DNA of 64,000 bases, taken from NCBI RefSeq assembly GCF_009914755.1, contig NC_060943.1, one strand, 5' to 3'. The notes under the pieces were generated by a model. That model had not been told where the DNA came from and searched no databases. It worked only from the letters and a program-made list of their open reading frames with translations. Both the position numbers and the translations under genes were made by a program. The DNA comes from the human T2T-CHM13v2.0 reference genome, Homo sapiens. This document shows positions 1 to 27,668 of this stretch, in pieces; position 1 is the stretch's first letter, and every line of letters starts with the position of its first letter.

Positions 1-2
1 AC

Positions 3-279
<277 letters not shown>

Positions 280-444
280 CTAAAATGTTTTGGGTTTGTT
301 TTAATGCTGTGGGTGCTAAGAGACTCAATAGCTGTTTCCTGGCAGTGTCTCAGCTGGAGGGGTCCTCACTTTACCAAATGATTTTCAGAAATTTAACCAA
401 GGTGGGGCCGGGCGTGGTGACTCACGTCTGTAATCCCAGCACTA

Positions 445-717
<273 letters not shown>

Positions 718-929
718 TCAACCAAGGTGGGAGGCCTCATACTCTGTGTGGGGCACTGGCCCATCCCATTGTGTGAGTTCCTCTAGAGTATTTGTGAATC
801 TAGAATTAGCGTATCCTATGGGCTTCCTTTGGACAAGGGTGTTTGTCACCATATGACGTCATGCCTGTGCTTTTGGAGAAACGTGGATGGAGCTGGGGTG
901 TTGCCTGTGTTGCATGTCAGAACGTGATA

Positions 930-2084
<1,155 letters not shown>

Positions 2085-2698
2085 TCAGGTGTATTGTATC
2101 CTTTCCACGGTGAAGGCTAGCTGCAGCTGAGAGGCTGTTGAAATAGCCTTGGAACAGAGCATATCAGCCAAATCCAACGACGGTAACGTATTTGCCAGTT
2201 GCTGATTCTATGGAAAGTAATACTGGGTATGGGGGCCTTAATGGATATGTGATATTTTGTTTTGTTTTTGACACAGGGTCTTGCTTTGTCGCTCAGGCTG
2301 GGGTGCAGTGGTGCAATTATAGCTCACTGCAGCCTTGATCTGAGCTCAAGCAATCCTCTTGCCTCAGCCTCTCAAGTAGTCGGGACCACAGATGCACACT
2401 ACCATGCCCAGCCAATTATTTCTATTTTTATTTTTAGTAGAGAGGAGGTCCCACTATGTTGTCCAGGCTGGTCTTGAACTCCTGAGCTCAAGCAATCCTT
2501 GATCCTCCAACCTTGGCCTCCTAGAGTGCTAGGATTACAGATGTGAGCCACCTCACTGGGCTGGTACATGATGTTCTGAAATACATATACATTGTGGAAT
2601 GACTAAGTTGAGCTAATTAACATTCATCCTTCACATTCTTATTTTGTGTGCATGTGGTGAGAACACTTAAAATCTACTCTCTTAGCAATTTTTGAGTC

Positions 2699-2983
2699 CT
2701 GTAGTCCCCGCTTATCCAGGGAAAATATGTTCCAAGATCATGGAGAGTACCTATCGTAAAATTTAATTTATAAATTAGGCGTAGTAAGAGATGAACCACA
2801 ATAATGAATAATAATACAATAAAACAATTATAACCATGCACTGTAATAAAATTATGTGTTATGTGGTCTCCCTCTCTCAAAATATCTTATTGTACTGAAT
2901 TGTACCCACCTATTGTGGGACTGCGGTTGACCACAGGTACCTGCACTGCAGAACGGGAAACCTCAAATAAGGAGGGACTGCTG
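2699..2983 (+). mobile_element. MER44-like Tigger DNA transposon relic
   Basis: Termini ctgtagtccccgcttatc / ataaggagggactgctg; internal aatttaatttataaattaggc. Confidence 0.75.
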
Positions 2984-3376
2984 TCTATGGTACATTGTTA
3001 TTAACTAGAGTTACCATGTTGTATTAATACAGTAAATCTCTTAAACTTATTCCTCTTGCACTACAGGTGCACACCACCATGTCCGGCTAATTTTTCAAAT
3101 TTTTAGTAGAGATGAGGGTCTCACTATGTTACCCAGACTGGTCTCAAACTCCTGGGCTTAACCGATTCTCCCACTTTGGCCTCCTAAAGTGCTGGGATGA
3201 TAGGTGTGAGCCACTGTGCCTGGCCATCAACTTCTTATAAAGTTAGATGTATGCTGGCCAGGCACAGTGGCTCACGCCTGTCATCCCAGCACTTTGGGAG
3301 GCCAAGGCAGGTAGATCACCTGAGGTCAGGAGTTCAAGACCAGCCTGGCCAACATGGTAAAACCCTGTCTCTACTA

Positions 3377-3763
<387 letters not shown>

Positions 3764-3788
3764 TCAGCAATAGAAAGGAATGAACTTA

Positions 3789-4202
<414 letters not shown>

Positions 4203-4264
4203 TTAACCCCTGGGGTCCTTAAACCCCATAAAGCCACCATTGCCATGGGGAAGGCCCCTAACCA

Positions 4265-5430
4265 TGACAATACTGATTTGAAGCTCTCTGGAGGAAAAAA
4301 AAAAAAAATCAAGTATAAATATAAACAGAGTAGAGAGGACCCAATCTCACTCCAAAATATATCCAGTAATCATTAAAAAAAAAAAAGATTAAAAAATTTC
4401 AGCATTGTGTGGGTATACCACAACTTGTTTTTCCATTCACCGGTTGTTGTATATTTAGGTTGCTTCCAGTTTCTGACAATGATAAATAAGGCTGCTATGA
4501 ATATTCATGTACAAATCATTGTGTGGACATGTTTTCCTTTCTCTTAGGAAGACACCTCAGAGTGGGACTGCTGGATTGTACGATAAGCATATGTTTAACT
4601 TTATAAGAAGTTGATAATACTGATTTGAGGCTCTCTGGAGGAAAAAAAATCGAGTATAAATATAAACAGGGTAGAGAGGACTCAATCTCACTCCAAAATA
4701 TATCCAGTAAGCATTAAAAAAAAAAGATTAGCATTAGGAGATATACCTAATGCTAAATGATGAGTTAATGGGTGCAGCACACCAGCATGGCACATGTATA
4801 CATATGTAACTAACCTGCACATTGTGCACATGTACCCTAAAACTTAAAGTATAATAATAAAAAAAAAAGATTAAAAAATTTCAGCATTGTATGGGTATAT
4901 CACAACTTGTTTATCCATTCACCAGTTGTTGTATATTTAGGTTGCTTCCAGTTTCTGGCAATGATAAATAAGGCTGCTATGAATATTCATGTACAAATCA
5001 TTGTGTAGACATGTTTTCCTTTCTCTTGGGAAGACACCTCAGAGTGGGATTGCTGGATTGTATGATAAGCGTATGTTTAACTTTATAAGAAGTTGATAAT
5101 ACTGATATGAGGCTCTCTGGAGGAGAAAAAGTAGAGTATAAATATAAATAGGGTAGAGAGGACCCACTCCCACTCCAAAATATATTCAGTAAGCATCAAA
5201 AAAAAAAGATAAAAAGATCTCAGCATAGTATGGAATAGTACAACTTGTTTATGCATTCACCAGTTGTATATTTGGATTTCTTCCAGTTTCTGGCAATTAC
5301 AAATAAGGCTGCTATGAACATTCATGTACAAATCATCACGTGGACATGTTTTTCTTTCTCTTGGGAAGACATCTTGAAGTGGGATTGCTGGATTGTATGA
5401 TAAGCATAGGTTTAACTTTATAACAAGTTG
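4265..5430 (+). repeat. Three tandem copies of a ~347-bp unit (unique sequence plus L1M fragment)
   Basis: Units start at about 4265, 4612 and 5094 with tga(c/t)aatactgat(t/a)tga...ctctctggagg. Confidence 0.95.
4731..4860 (+). mobile_element. Short 5'-truncated L1PA (L1PA3-like) 3' end
   Basis: gatatacctaatgctaaatgatgagttaatgggtgcagcacaccagcatggcac...cttaaagtataat plus poly(A); TSD aaaaaaaagatta. Confidence 0.9.
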
Positions 5431-6389
5431 CTGGCCAGGTGCAGTGGCTCACACCTATCATCCTGGCACTTTAGGAGGCCAAGGTGGGAGGATCGCTTGA
5501 GCCCAGGAGTTTGAGACCACTCTGGGCAACATGTGAGACCCCATCTCCACAAAACATTTGAAAAATCAGCTGGTAATGGTGGTGTGCACCTGTAGTCCCA
5601 GCTACTCAGGAGGCTGAGGTAGGAGGATCACTTGAGCCCAGGAGATTGAGGCTGCAGTGAGACGTGACTGAGCCACTGCACTCCAGCTTGGACAACAGAG
5701 GGAGATCCTGTATCAAAAAACTCCTCGCAAACGAAAAAACCTGCTGGTCCCAGAGCGCTCCCTGGAACAGAGAGCTAATGCCTGCTTGAGACCAAGCAAT
5801 AGTCACAGAATGAGATCCTTCCTCTGAGAGCTGATGGTGTCATTAGGATGCATGACTCAATTCAAGACACATAGAGAGGTCTGGGTCCAGATACATGAAC
5901 CAGGACCACTGGAAACAGGGTTACAGCTTCTTACTCCAGTTCCTAAACAGCAGCTCTTGAAACTTCTGACTTAGGCTGCTTAAATCTGCAACAGAGGGTT
6001 CAGTAGGTCTCAGCAAATGCAGCATCCAGCTCAAAGAGCATGCCACCCAGCCGGCGGCAGTGCAGTGAGCAGAAGGCAAGAGGAGAAAGACCCTGGTGCT
6101 GGTGCTGGTGGTGGTCATCACCTAGACCCCTGCTCACGGCACCAACTCCACAGTCATCCCCACAGAGGCAGAACAGGACCCTTCGGTGAGCGTGTGGCAT
6201 CATCGGTCTTGACATCCGAACCAAATTTCGGATGGGGAGATCCATCCCATTTTTTGCAGATGGCCACAGCATCAACCTTCAAGGCCCAACTCCAAAGTCC
6301 CCTCCTCCAGAAAGCCTGACTGGGGTTTCTTGCCTCCTCATTGCTCCTACGATTTTATCACTTAACTTCTTAGAATGAAAACTTGGGCT

Positions 6390-7587
<1,198 letters not shown>

Positions 7588-8079
7588 TAGAGACAGGGTC
7601 TTGCTATGTTGTCCAGGCTGGTCTCAAACACCTGGGCTCAAGCGATCCACTCACCTCCGCCTCCCAAAGTGCTGTGATTACAGGTGTGAGCCACGGTGCC
7701 CGGCCCGTTATCTCATTTAATTGTCCTCACAACCCTGCTAAATAATTTTCATGCTCTCTGCTCCAGAATGAGGAAACCAAAGCCTCTCAAATCACCAGGG
7801 ACCGCCCTCAAGATCCTCTAACCAGCCAGGGAAGAGCTGGAACTGGAGCTCAGGCCACATGATTCTCCTCCGCCAAAGGGGAAAGACTGAGCTTAACTCG
7901 GTGGCTTCCAACCTGCTCCAGCATGAGGCCTCCATTTTCCCGTTGGAAATGATCGCCTAGGGTGGTCTCAAACTCCTGAGCTCAAGTGATTCTCCTCGCC
8001 TCAGCCTCCCAAACAAAGTGCTGGGATTATAGGGATGAGATACCATGTCTGGCCTAGGTTTTTATTTTTAGTTTACAGG

Positions 8080-8528
8080 TGTTAACGCAAACTAAATATG
8101 GCCTGAGAAGGACTCTGTACTTCTGTATTTGAGTCCTTGTGGATGAACTGTAACCTAGCTTAATAGGCAGGCAGAATCGAAAACCTAACTTAGTAGTATG
8201 CACCTGTTACATCCGCTAAGTCTTGGCCAATCCCAGCAGCCACACTTCAACCATTCATACACTGCTGAGTGTTCAAACTGTGTTCAAATAAGACATATGC
8301 CGAGCTGTAAACAATCCAGCCATTCTGTACCTCACTACCAATTTCTGTACATGATTTCTCTGTCTCTCTCTTTTTTTTTTTTTTTGTCTATAAATCTTCG
8401 TCCACCACGTGGCTGCGCTGGAGTGTCTCTGAATCTGCTGTGATTCTGGGGGCTGCTCGATTCCGGAATTGTTCATTGCTCAATTAAACTCCTTTAAATT
8501 TAATTCGGCAGAAGTTTTTCTTTTATCA
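8080..8528 (+). mobile_element. Solo LTR, MER57B-like (ERV1)
   Basis: TG...CA termini, 4-bp TSD CAGG on both sides; aactaaatatggcctgagaaggact...aattaaactcctttaaatttaattc. Confidence 0.85.
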
Positions 8529-8875
8529 CAGGCTTATATTCCCCACTGCCCTCAATAGCCTGGAAAGTTCCAAGGGGGCCCAGCTACAAAGCCTCACCCT
8601 GGGGCACTGGCTGAGCTTGGCCTGACTCTCCAGGCTAACAAGGTGAAGTCCATGGGGCCATCGAAGATGCGGTTCCATTAACCAGGATAGGGTTAAATCA
8701 CCAGCGATTTTCCCTAGTGTAGGTCCATTCTTCTGTAAGATGGAGAGGATGATATTCCACCCAGCTGAGGCCTTGGGAGAATGGAATAAAAGGACTTCCA
8801 GTGCTGTGCCAACCTGGACAAATGCCAGAAAGCCTGGTTAGTCTTTTGACAAAATCCCCCTTGATTCCCCATTTT

Positions 8876-9076
8876 GCTTTTCTCCCTTTCTTTCTTTCTT
8901 CCTTCCTTCCTTCCTTCCTTCTTTCCTTTCTTTCTTTCCTTTGTTTTCTTTCTTTCTTTTTCTTTCTTTCCTTTCTTTCCTTTGTTTTCTTTCTTTCTTT
9001 TTCTTTCTTTCCTTTCTTTCTTTCTCTTTCTTCCTCTTTTCTTTCTTTTCTCTTTCTTTCTGCTTGCTTTCTTTCT

Positions 9077-9135
<59 letters not shown>

Positions 9136-9160
9136 CTTTCTCTCTTGTTTTCTTGCTTTT
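8876..9160 (+). repeat. Complex (TTTC)n/(TTCC)n microsatellite grown from an Alu tail (Alu at about 9160-9446, -)
   Basis: Direct observation. Confidence 0.95.
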
Positions 9161-11179
9161 TGTGAGACAGAGTCTCACTCTGTAGCCTAATCTGGAGTGC
9201 AGTGGCTCAATCTTGGCTCACTACAAGCTTCGCTTCTGGGGCTCAAGCGAATCTCCTGTCTCAGCCTTCCAAGTAGCTGGGACTAGAGGCATGTGCCACC
9301 ACACTTGGTTAATTTTTTTGTATTTTTAGTAGAGACCGGGTTTCACCATGTTGCCCTGGGTGGTCTCGAACTCTTGAGCTCAGGGAGTCCACCCGCCTTG
9401 GCCTCCCAAAGTGCTGGGATTACAGGCGTGAGCCACTGCACCCGGCTTCTCCCCCTTTTTCAAGGCTTCTCCATCTCCTGGCTCCACCAGTTCTCTCCAA
9501 ATTCTTTCCAGTGCAGGCTTCCATTGTTATTAAAATTCCCCTGGGCAAAAACAGGAAGAGGAGGGCAGGTGGCTGAGAAATCCCAGAAGGGGGAGGAGGG
9601 AGGGAACGCTGAGTAGCTCACCACCTGGCCGGCCTTCCTGAGTCGAGGTGGTGTTGATAGTCAGAATCTCCAGCCCAGCTATGTCATTATTTTCTGTTCC
9701 ATAGGCAGGATTTGGGTGGCTGCCTCCTACTCTCCAAAATCCACAGGTGTCACTCAAGGCAGCTCTCCTGGCACTGGGACCTTGGAGACAGCCTCGTAGT
9801 TACACTAATAATAAGAGCAACAACAATACTGAAAAAAATGACAGCTACCACTTATTGAGTTCTCACTCTGTGCAAGGCGTTCTTCTGAGCTTTCCACAGG
9901 AGCTCAATTAATCCTCTCAAATGCATTCCACAGTCAGTGCTGTTCTTTTTCATTTTAAAAAGTTTATGAATACATTTGGGTAGTCCCTAATCCTCCGGTG
10001 GAAAGAGTTGAATTCGTTGGTGGCACATTTTCATTAGTGATTTGGAGAGGATCCCTCTTTTGTTTTCCTTATTTATTTTGTTCCCTTTTATTTCCCTTCC
10101 CTTCTACTATTGTCTTTATCATTGTGCACATTTTGCCGTTATCTTTGTGAACGTGTATCCTTTGCTATTGTTTTTATTATTGTGTATCCTTCGCAATTAT
10201 TTTCGCTCTCTTGTCTCCTTTACAGTTATCCTCATTATTGTGTGTATTTTGCTGTTGTATTTATTATTGCATAGCCTTTTATTAAGTTGAAATTCACAAA
10301 TCATAAAATTAGCCACTTAAAGTGGACAGTTCAGTGGCGTTCAGTACATTCACGACGTTATAGATCTTTTTATTAGTATATGTCCTTACAAATTGTGTGT
10401 TGTTTTGTGTGCATTTGAAATTCATATCAATGGTATTGTGGTACGTAGCTTATTCTTTTCTTTCCCCCCGCCCCCCGCGCACAGCTGTGCTTTTTCTGGC
10501 CGGGCACTGTGGCTTACGCCTGTAATCCTAGCACTTTTAGAGGCTGAGGCAGGCAGATCGCTTGAGGTCAGGAGTTCAAGACCAGCCTGGCCAACATGGT
10601 AAAACCTCATCGCTACTGAAAAAAAAAAAAAAAAGCATAAAAAATACAAAAATAAGCTGGGCATGGTGGTGCCTGTAGTCTCAGCTACTCGGAAGGCTGA
10701 GGCAGGATAATTAATTGTACCTCGGAGGTGAAGGTTGCAGTGAGCCAAGATCACGCCACTGCACTCCAGCCTGGGCCACAGAGCGAGACTCTGTCTCAAA
10801 AAAAAAAAAAAACAAAAAACAAAAAACTATGCTTTTTCATTTTCTAATAATATATTATTTACATAAAATAAAATTCATCCACTTTAAGTGTTCAGTTTGG
10901 TGAATTTTGGAAATCGGGTGGAATCATGTAAGCACCTCCATAATCCAAACATAAACCAGCTCCTCCCTGTCTCCCTCCCTCACTGCCCTCATCCTTAAGC
11001 TGCCTGCCTTCTGCCCCTTTTGCAAAAGCTCCCCGCAGGTGACACTGACGGGCACTCTGCCTCTATGGTTTTGCCTTTTTTAGAATGTTGTATACATGTT
11101 TGTCTTCTTTTACTAGCATAATACATTTCAGATTCATCCATGTTTTTGCGCTGATAAATACACTCATGGGAAGGACATT

Positions 11180-11590
11180 GTTTTGGACTAAACTCTTGGA
11201 CTAGGCCCTAGCAGAACAGACCAAACCAGAATGGAGTCCCTTGTGCTAATTGCCATGTAATCAAACTGTTTTTGAAAATAACAAACAAACAAACAACCAG
11301 GAGGTTTACAGTAAGGAATCAGAAGGGGCCCAGTTGACCTGAGCTGGCAGGATAAGAGAGTTCCCTCTGTCTTAACCCTATTAAAAACATAACGTTGGAA
11401 AGACCAATCCACGTATTATTCCCTATTTCTGTTTCCTTCATCCCTTTTCTGCCTATAAAGCCAAACTCTGCTCAGCTCATGGGAACACCATTCTATTTTG
11501 TGGAATGAGATACTGCCCATTTGTAGAATTGCAACTCACAGTCGATTAGATCTTGAAACTAAATGTGTTGTAATTTAGTCTTTTGACCGC
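11180..11590 (+). mobile_element. Solo ERV1-type LTR, subfamily uncertain
   Basis: Starts tgttttggact, has cagaccaaaccagaatggagtc and cctataaa; interrupts an old L1M. Confidence 0.6.
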
Positions 11591-12278
11591 ATATCAAGAG
11601 TTCATTCCTTTCTATTGCTGAGCTGTATTCCGTAGTATGGGTATACCACAACTTGTTTAACCATTCACCAGTTGTTGTATATTTGGGTTGCTTCCAGTTT
11701 CTGGCTATTATAATACAAATAAGGCTGATACAAACATTTATGTATCAATCATTGTGTGGACATATGTTTTCATTTCTCTTGGGAAGACACCTCAGAGTGG
11801 GGATTGCTGGATTGTATGATAAGCATAAGTTTAACTTTATGAGAAGTTGCGGCTGGGTGCAGGTGGCTCACACCTGTAATCCCAGCACTTTGGGAGGCCG
11901 AGAAGGGCAGATCACTTGAGGTCAGAAGTTCTAGACCAGCCTGATCAACATGGTGAAACGCTGTCTCTGCTAAAAATACAGAAGTTAGCCAGGCATGGTG
12001 GTGGGTGCCTGTAATCCTAGCTACTCGGAAAGTCGGTGGGAGAATCGCTTGAACCTGGGAGGTAGAGGTTACAGTGAGCCGAAATAAATAGCACCACTGT
12101 ACTCCAGCCTGGGCAACAGAGCAAGATTCTGTCTCAAAAGAAAAAAAAAAGAAGTTGCTGGCTGGGCACAGTGGCTCATGCCTGTAATCCCAGCACTTTA
12201 GGATGCCAAGGCAGGAGGATTGGTTGAGCCCAGGAGTTTGAGACCAGCCTGGACAACATAGTGAGACCCCCATCTCTA

Positions 12279-12401
<123 letters not shown>

Positions 12402-12645
12402 CTACTGCACTCTAGTCTGGGTGATGGAGTGAGACCCTGTCTCAAAAACACACAAGCAGCAGCAACAACAACAACAAAAAGAAGTTGTCAAATGTTTTCT
12501 AAAGTGGTTGTACCATTTTGCATTGCCACCAGTAGTGTGGTGCCAGTTGAACTTGGCCCATATCTTTGTCAACACTTAGTATTGTCAGTCTTTTAAATTT
12601 TCACCATTGTAGTTGGTAGCACTATACCTTTAAGATTTGATTCCT

Positions 12646-12949
<304 letters not shown>

Positions 12950-13844
12950 CTATCATCCACTCCCCCATTAATAGGTAACCAGGTTTCTTCTAATTTCCAC
13001 CACAGCAAAATACTGTGTGACAGAGAGCTTATATCTCTGCCCCTTTGTGATGTGCATAATTATTACCTTTGTGTAGACATCCAGAAGTGGAACTACTGGG
13101 TCTTAGGATGTACATATACTTAATTCAGCCAAGCAATGCCAAATTAGTTTCTGAAATAACCACACCAATGTACGTTCACACCAGCTGTGCACAAGCGTTC
13201 CTGTGTTTCCACATCTCTGCTAATACTTGGGGTTACTTAACTTTGAAATTTTCTTAAATCCATCTAACAAATGTAAAGCAATTGTTATTTGTATTTGTGT
13301 TTCTTGGATACCTAATGAGTGTGAGCATATTTTGTATGAGTTTTTTGAGTTTCCTTCTTTATAAATCTGTTCATATCCTTTGCTCATTATTCTTATTTTT
13401 TTTTTTGCAGTACTTCCTTGCATATTTGGGTCAATATGTCAATCTTAAGTCAATAGTACAGACTGCAAATGTCACCTCTCAAGCTGTTACATGTTGATTT
13501 ACCTTGTCCATTGTGTCTTTTGATGAACAGAAATCTTTAACTTTGATGTAATGAAATTAAACATTATTTTGCCTTTAGATTTGTCTTTCTGAAGTTTTAA
13601 AAAATCCTTCCTCAGGCCAGGCACAGTGGCTCACGCCTGCAATCTCCGCACTTCGGGAGGCTGAGGTGGGCAGATTGCTTGAGCCCAGGAGTTTGAGACC
13701 AGACTGGGCAACATGGCGAAACTCTGTCTCTACAAAAAATACAAAAAATAGGTGGGTGTGGTGGCATGCACCTGTAGTCCCAGCTACTTGGCAGGCTGAG
13801 AGATGGGAGGATCACTTGAGCCCAGGAAGTTGAGACTGCAGTGA

Positions 13845-14308
<464 letters not shown>

Positions 14309-14806
14309 CTCTGCCATTATCTTCTATTAACTTTGTAGTTTGACCTTTTGCTTTTAGGTCTTAAAGCCATTTGGTGTTAAGCACCATTGTTATACGTACT
14401 TGAGTAATGGGAAAACTGAGGCACACAGAAGGTGAGTAATTTGAAGACTATACAGTTCAACAAGTGACAGAGCTAGTATTCAAACCGAGGCAGCCTGGCC
14501 CCTGAAACTGTGTTCCGTAGCTACTGTGTCATGCTGCTTCTCCATTGACCAGGATCGGTGATTCAGAAGTTGCTGTGTGCAGAGCCTTTAAATGCCAATC
14601 TTTCACTCTGTCCTCCCAACAGCCCTGAGCAGTAAGGCCTGTTATTACCAGATTAAAGAACTGAGGTTCCCAAAAGATAAAGTGGCAAAACCAGATCTTT
14701 CAGACTCCACCCTTTGTGTTTTTGAACACTAAACTATAGTCTCCCCTGAAATAACCAGGAATCACGCAGGAATCATCCTCAACATTCACCCTCACCCCCA
14801 CAGACA

Positions 14807-15763
<957 letters not shown>

Positions 15764-16337
15764 TTGCCGAGTTTCCTCAGTGTGACTGCAAAACGCTCAT
15801 TCTAATCCATCTTCATCTCTGTTGGCTGAGCCATCATCTTACCCACTGATTACTGCAGTAGGCTTCAGGTTCATCTCCTGGCTTCCAATACTCCCTCCTG
15901 GTACCTTGTCTCCACCAGTAACCCAGCAACCAGAGTGATAATCCGATTTCAGATATTCCTCCCCTGTTGACACTCTCCAGGAGCTCCCCCACTACAATGG
16001 GAGAAAGACCACCTCCCTGACTACAGCTAAAAAGATTCCGAATATTTGGCTCCAGCCAAATCCTCCAGTCTCATTCCCTACCCAGTCACTCGTTCATCAT
16101 TACTGTACAGTCATGCTGGCCTGCCCTCAGATCCTGGAATAGGCTAAACTCAAGGACGTTGGCCCAGTGGTTTCCTTTTTCAGAGGTATTTCCCCCATTC
16201 TTTGCTAAACTGGCTCCCTTTAACCCTTTGGCCACATGCCACCTTCTCCGAGAAGCCCTTCTTGATCACCCTATTCAAAACAGCCTCCTCCTTTATTCTC
16301 TAACACAAATCCTTGCTTATATCCTTCATGGAAATGA

Positions 16338-16529
<192 letters not shown>

Positions 16530-16719
16530 TAGCTGGGATTACAGGCGCCTGCCACCACCAGCTAATTTTTGTATTTTTAGTAGAGACGGGGTTTCACCAT
16601 GTTGGCCAGGCTGGTGTTGACTCCTGACCCCAAGTGATCCGCCCGCCTCAGCTTCCCAAAGTGCTGGGACTACAGGTGTGAGCCTCCATGCCTGGCCATA
16701 GTTGTTTATTTTCTATAAA

Positions 16720-17460
16720 TTCTCAGAGAACAGTTTATTTCCACTTGAGTGTCTAATAAACAGTTCAAGACAAAATTTCCTCATCTCTGCCCTAAAACAT
16801 GTTCCTCTCAGTTTCTCGCATTTTTGTAAATGAAAGCTCCATCCTTCCTGTTGCTCAGGCCAAATTGCTGGAGTCATCTTCGACTCTTCTCTTTTTCTCA
16901 CATTCCCCCATCTGATGTTGGCAGATATGGTCCAACAGTCCCATCAAACAGATCCAGAATCTGACCTCTCGCCTCCTCTACGGCCATCACCTTGGTCCAG
17001 GAACCGTCACCTTTTGCCTGGGCTAATGTAGTCCCTTCCTCGCTGGGCCCCCTGAGTCTGTTCCCCATGGAGTAGCCAGAGGAATCCTGTGCACATTGAA
17101 ATCAGTTCAAGTCCCTCCTCTGCTCAGAGCCCTCTCATAGCTCCTGGCTCCCTCAGAGGAAAACAAAGTCCTCGTCGTGCCCCACAGGACCCAATGCAGT
17201 CTGCTCCGTTCATTCTCTGCCCTCACCTCCCACCCTCTCCTCCTTGCTCACTCAGCTCCAGCCACACCAACCTTTTCACTGATCTTCAGACACACCAAAC
17301 AGGCTCCTGCCTCAGGGCCTTTGCACTAGCTGTATCCCCTGCTCCAGCAGCTGCTCCTCAGATATGTGCTTTGCTCCTTCCCTTCATCCTTTCGGTCTTT
17401 CTTTAAATGTTACCATCTCAGTTAGGTCCTCTTCCCTGACCATGCTGTTTAAATTGCAAT
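16720..17460 (-). mobile_element. L2 fragment
   Basis: ggagtcatcttcgactc, tccagaatctgac, cctcagggcctttgcact. Confidence 0.7.
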
Positions 17461-17609
17461 GCCACCCCTTCCACATATACAACCCTACATTCCCAATTCT
17501 TAATCCTTTCTTCTACCTCTTCCTCTTCCTCTTGCTCTCCTTCCCCTTCCCCTTCCCCTTCTCCTTCTCCTTCTTCTTCACAGGGTCTTGCTCTGTCACC
17601 CAGGCTTGA

Positions 17610-17894
<285 letters not shown>

Positions 17895-18238
17895 TGACAG
17901 CCTATTTCTTTATTCATTGTTATGGAGACTTCTTGAAAAGAATGTAAGTTCTACAAGGGCAGAAGTTTTTATCTGTTTAACTCATTGGTTATCACTTGTC
18001 TCTGCAACAGTGCCTGGCTCTTGATAGGTACAAATATTTGTTGAGTAAATAAACTATATTTAACAACACCCAGGAGAGTGCTTGCACATAGTCAACACTG
18101 AAGAAATGTCTCCTGAGGAAAATAAATCAGTGCAACACTTTTTTTGGACACTCTGCAAATTCGAAGGGCTGTTATTAACATTCTAAGGTAATAGTTTATG
18201 GGAACCATGCAAATAATAATAGTGATAAATGCTTGACA

Positions 18239-18244
18239 TTTATT
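18239..18244 (-). terminator. Probable distal poly(A) signal (AATAAA) of KLK13
   Basis: tttatt on + strand about 940 nt past the stop codon. Confidence 0.6.
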
Positions 18245-19180
18245 CTTGTAATAATGTTACAATTAAAAAAAATTATGAACCCATTTTACAGATGAGAAAG
18301 CACAGAGACTGTGAGTTTTATAACTTGTCCAAAGCAAGGATTTGCACTACATTTTAGGGTCATGCACAAAGATGTAACAGCAAGGGACACTGACCAAGGA
18401 TGTTCATGGAGGGGATACAAGACGGAATATTTGGTAGACAATAAAGTTCAGGCAAGAAGACCCTTTGGTATACTGAACCCTATAACTCTAGAGACTAGGG
18501 TGCCATTGATTCAGAGAGGGAATGTTGGCAGAGGTGGGGTATTGGAAGAATGTGGGATGTAGGTTGGGTTGGGACTTCTGAGACACCCATAACAGTGTGA
18601 GAATGAAATATTCTGAGGATCCAATGTTAGCTGTGGTGAGTCACAGAGGTACACAGAATGTTGTCAGGGCAGAAGATTGTGGGCATAAGAGAATATTTTC
18701 AGGATGAACTATCATGGGAGTCTAGAGCCTTCTTGAGTGCAAAAAATAGAAGGTCTAGGATACTGGCATTGAATAAATACTTGAAGAGTTAGAGGATGTT
18801 GTCAAGGATGGTCCATTTATAGGACATATATTGTTGAGATGGGCTGATGGAAATATTTAAGAATGTGCCACAGACAGAACGTTCAGGTGGTGATCTGGGC
18901 TCATAGAAGCCACACTGATGAAGTTGAGAGACCTGGGCCATTGTCTGGGTTGGGACATTCAGGTTGTTGAGATGTTTCAGGGATGCAACATCTGGGAGAC
19001 TGCAAGCCTGGCAGTGCCTGAATGCTTCTGAAACATGGAATGTTAGCTGAGATTGAGCATTTTTCAGGACATGGATCACTGGTTCAAATGGAACACTGGG
19101 AATAAGGAGCAGAGAAGGGCTAAGCAGACCATGTGAGGAAGTCATGGTGACAGGATGGAAGCCGGTACATTTCTCAACTT

Positions 19181-27668
<8,488 letters not shown>

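Noticed and set aside
5720-6320. Unique-looking segment considered as a processed pseudogene
   Set aside because: No recognisable protein in the frames I could read, and no poly(A) or TSD; may be an old LTR. A Dfam/BLAST search would settle it.
8714-9190. Lys/Glu/Arg-rich and Phe/Leu/Ser-rich ORFs
   Set aside because: Artefacts of the (TTTC)n microsatellite.
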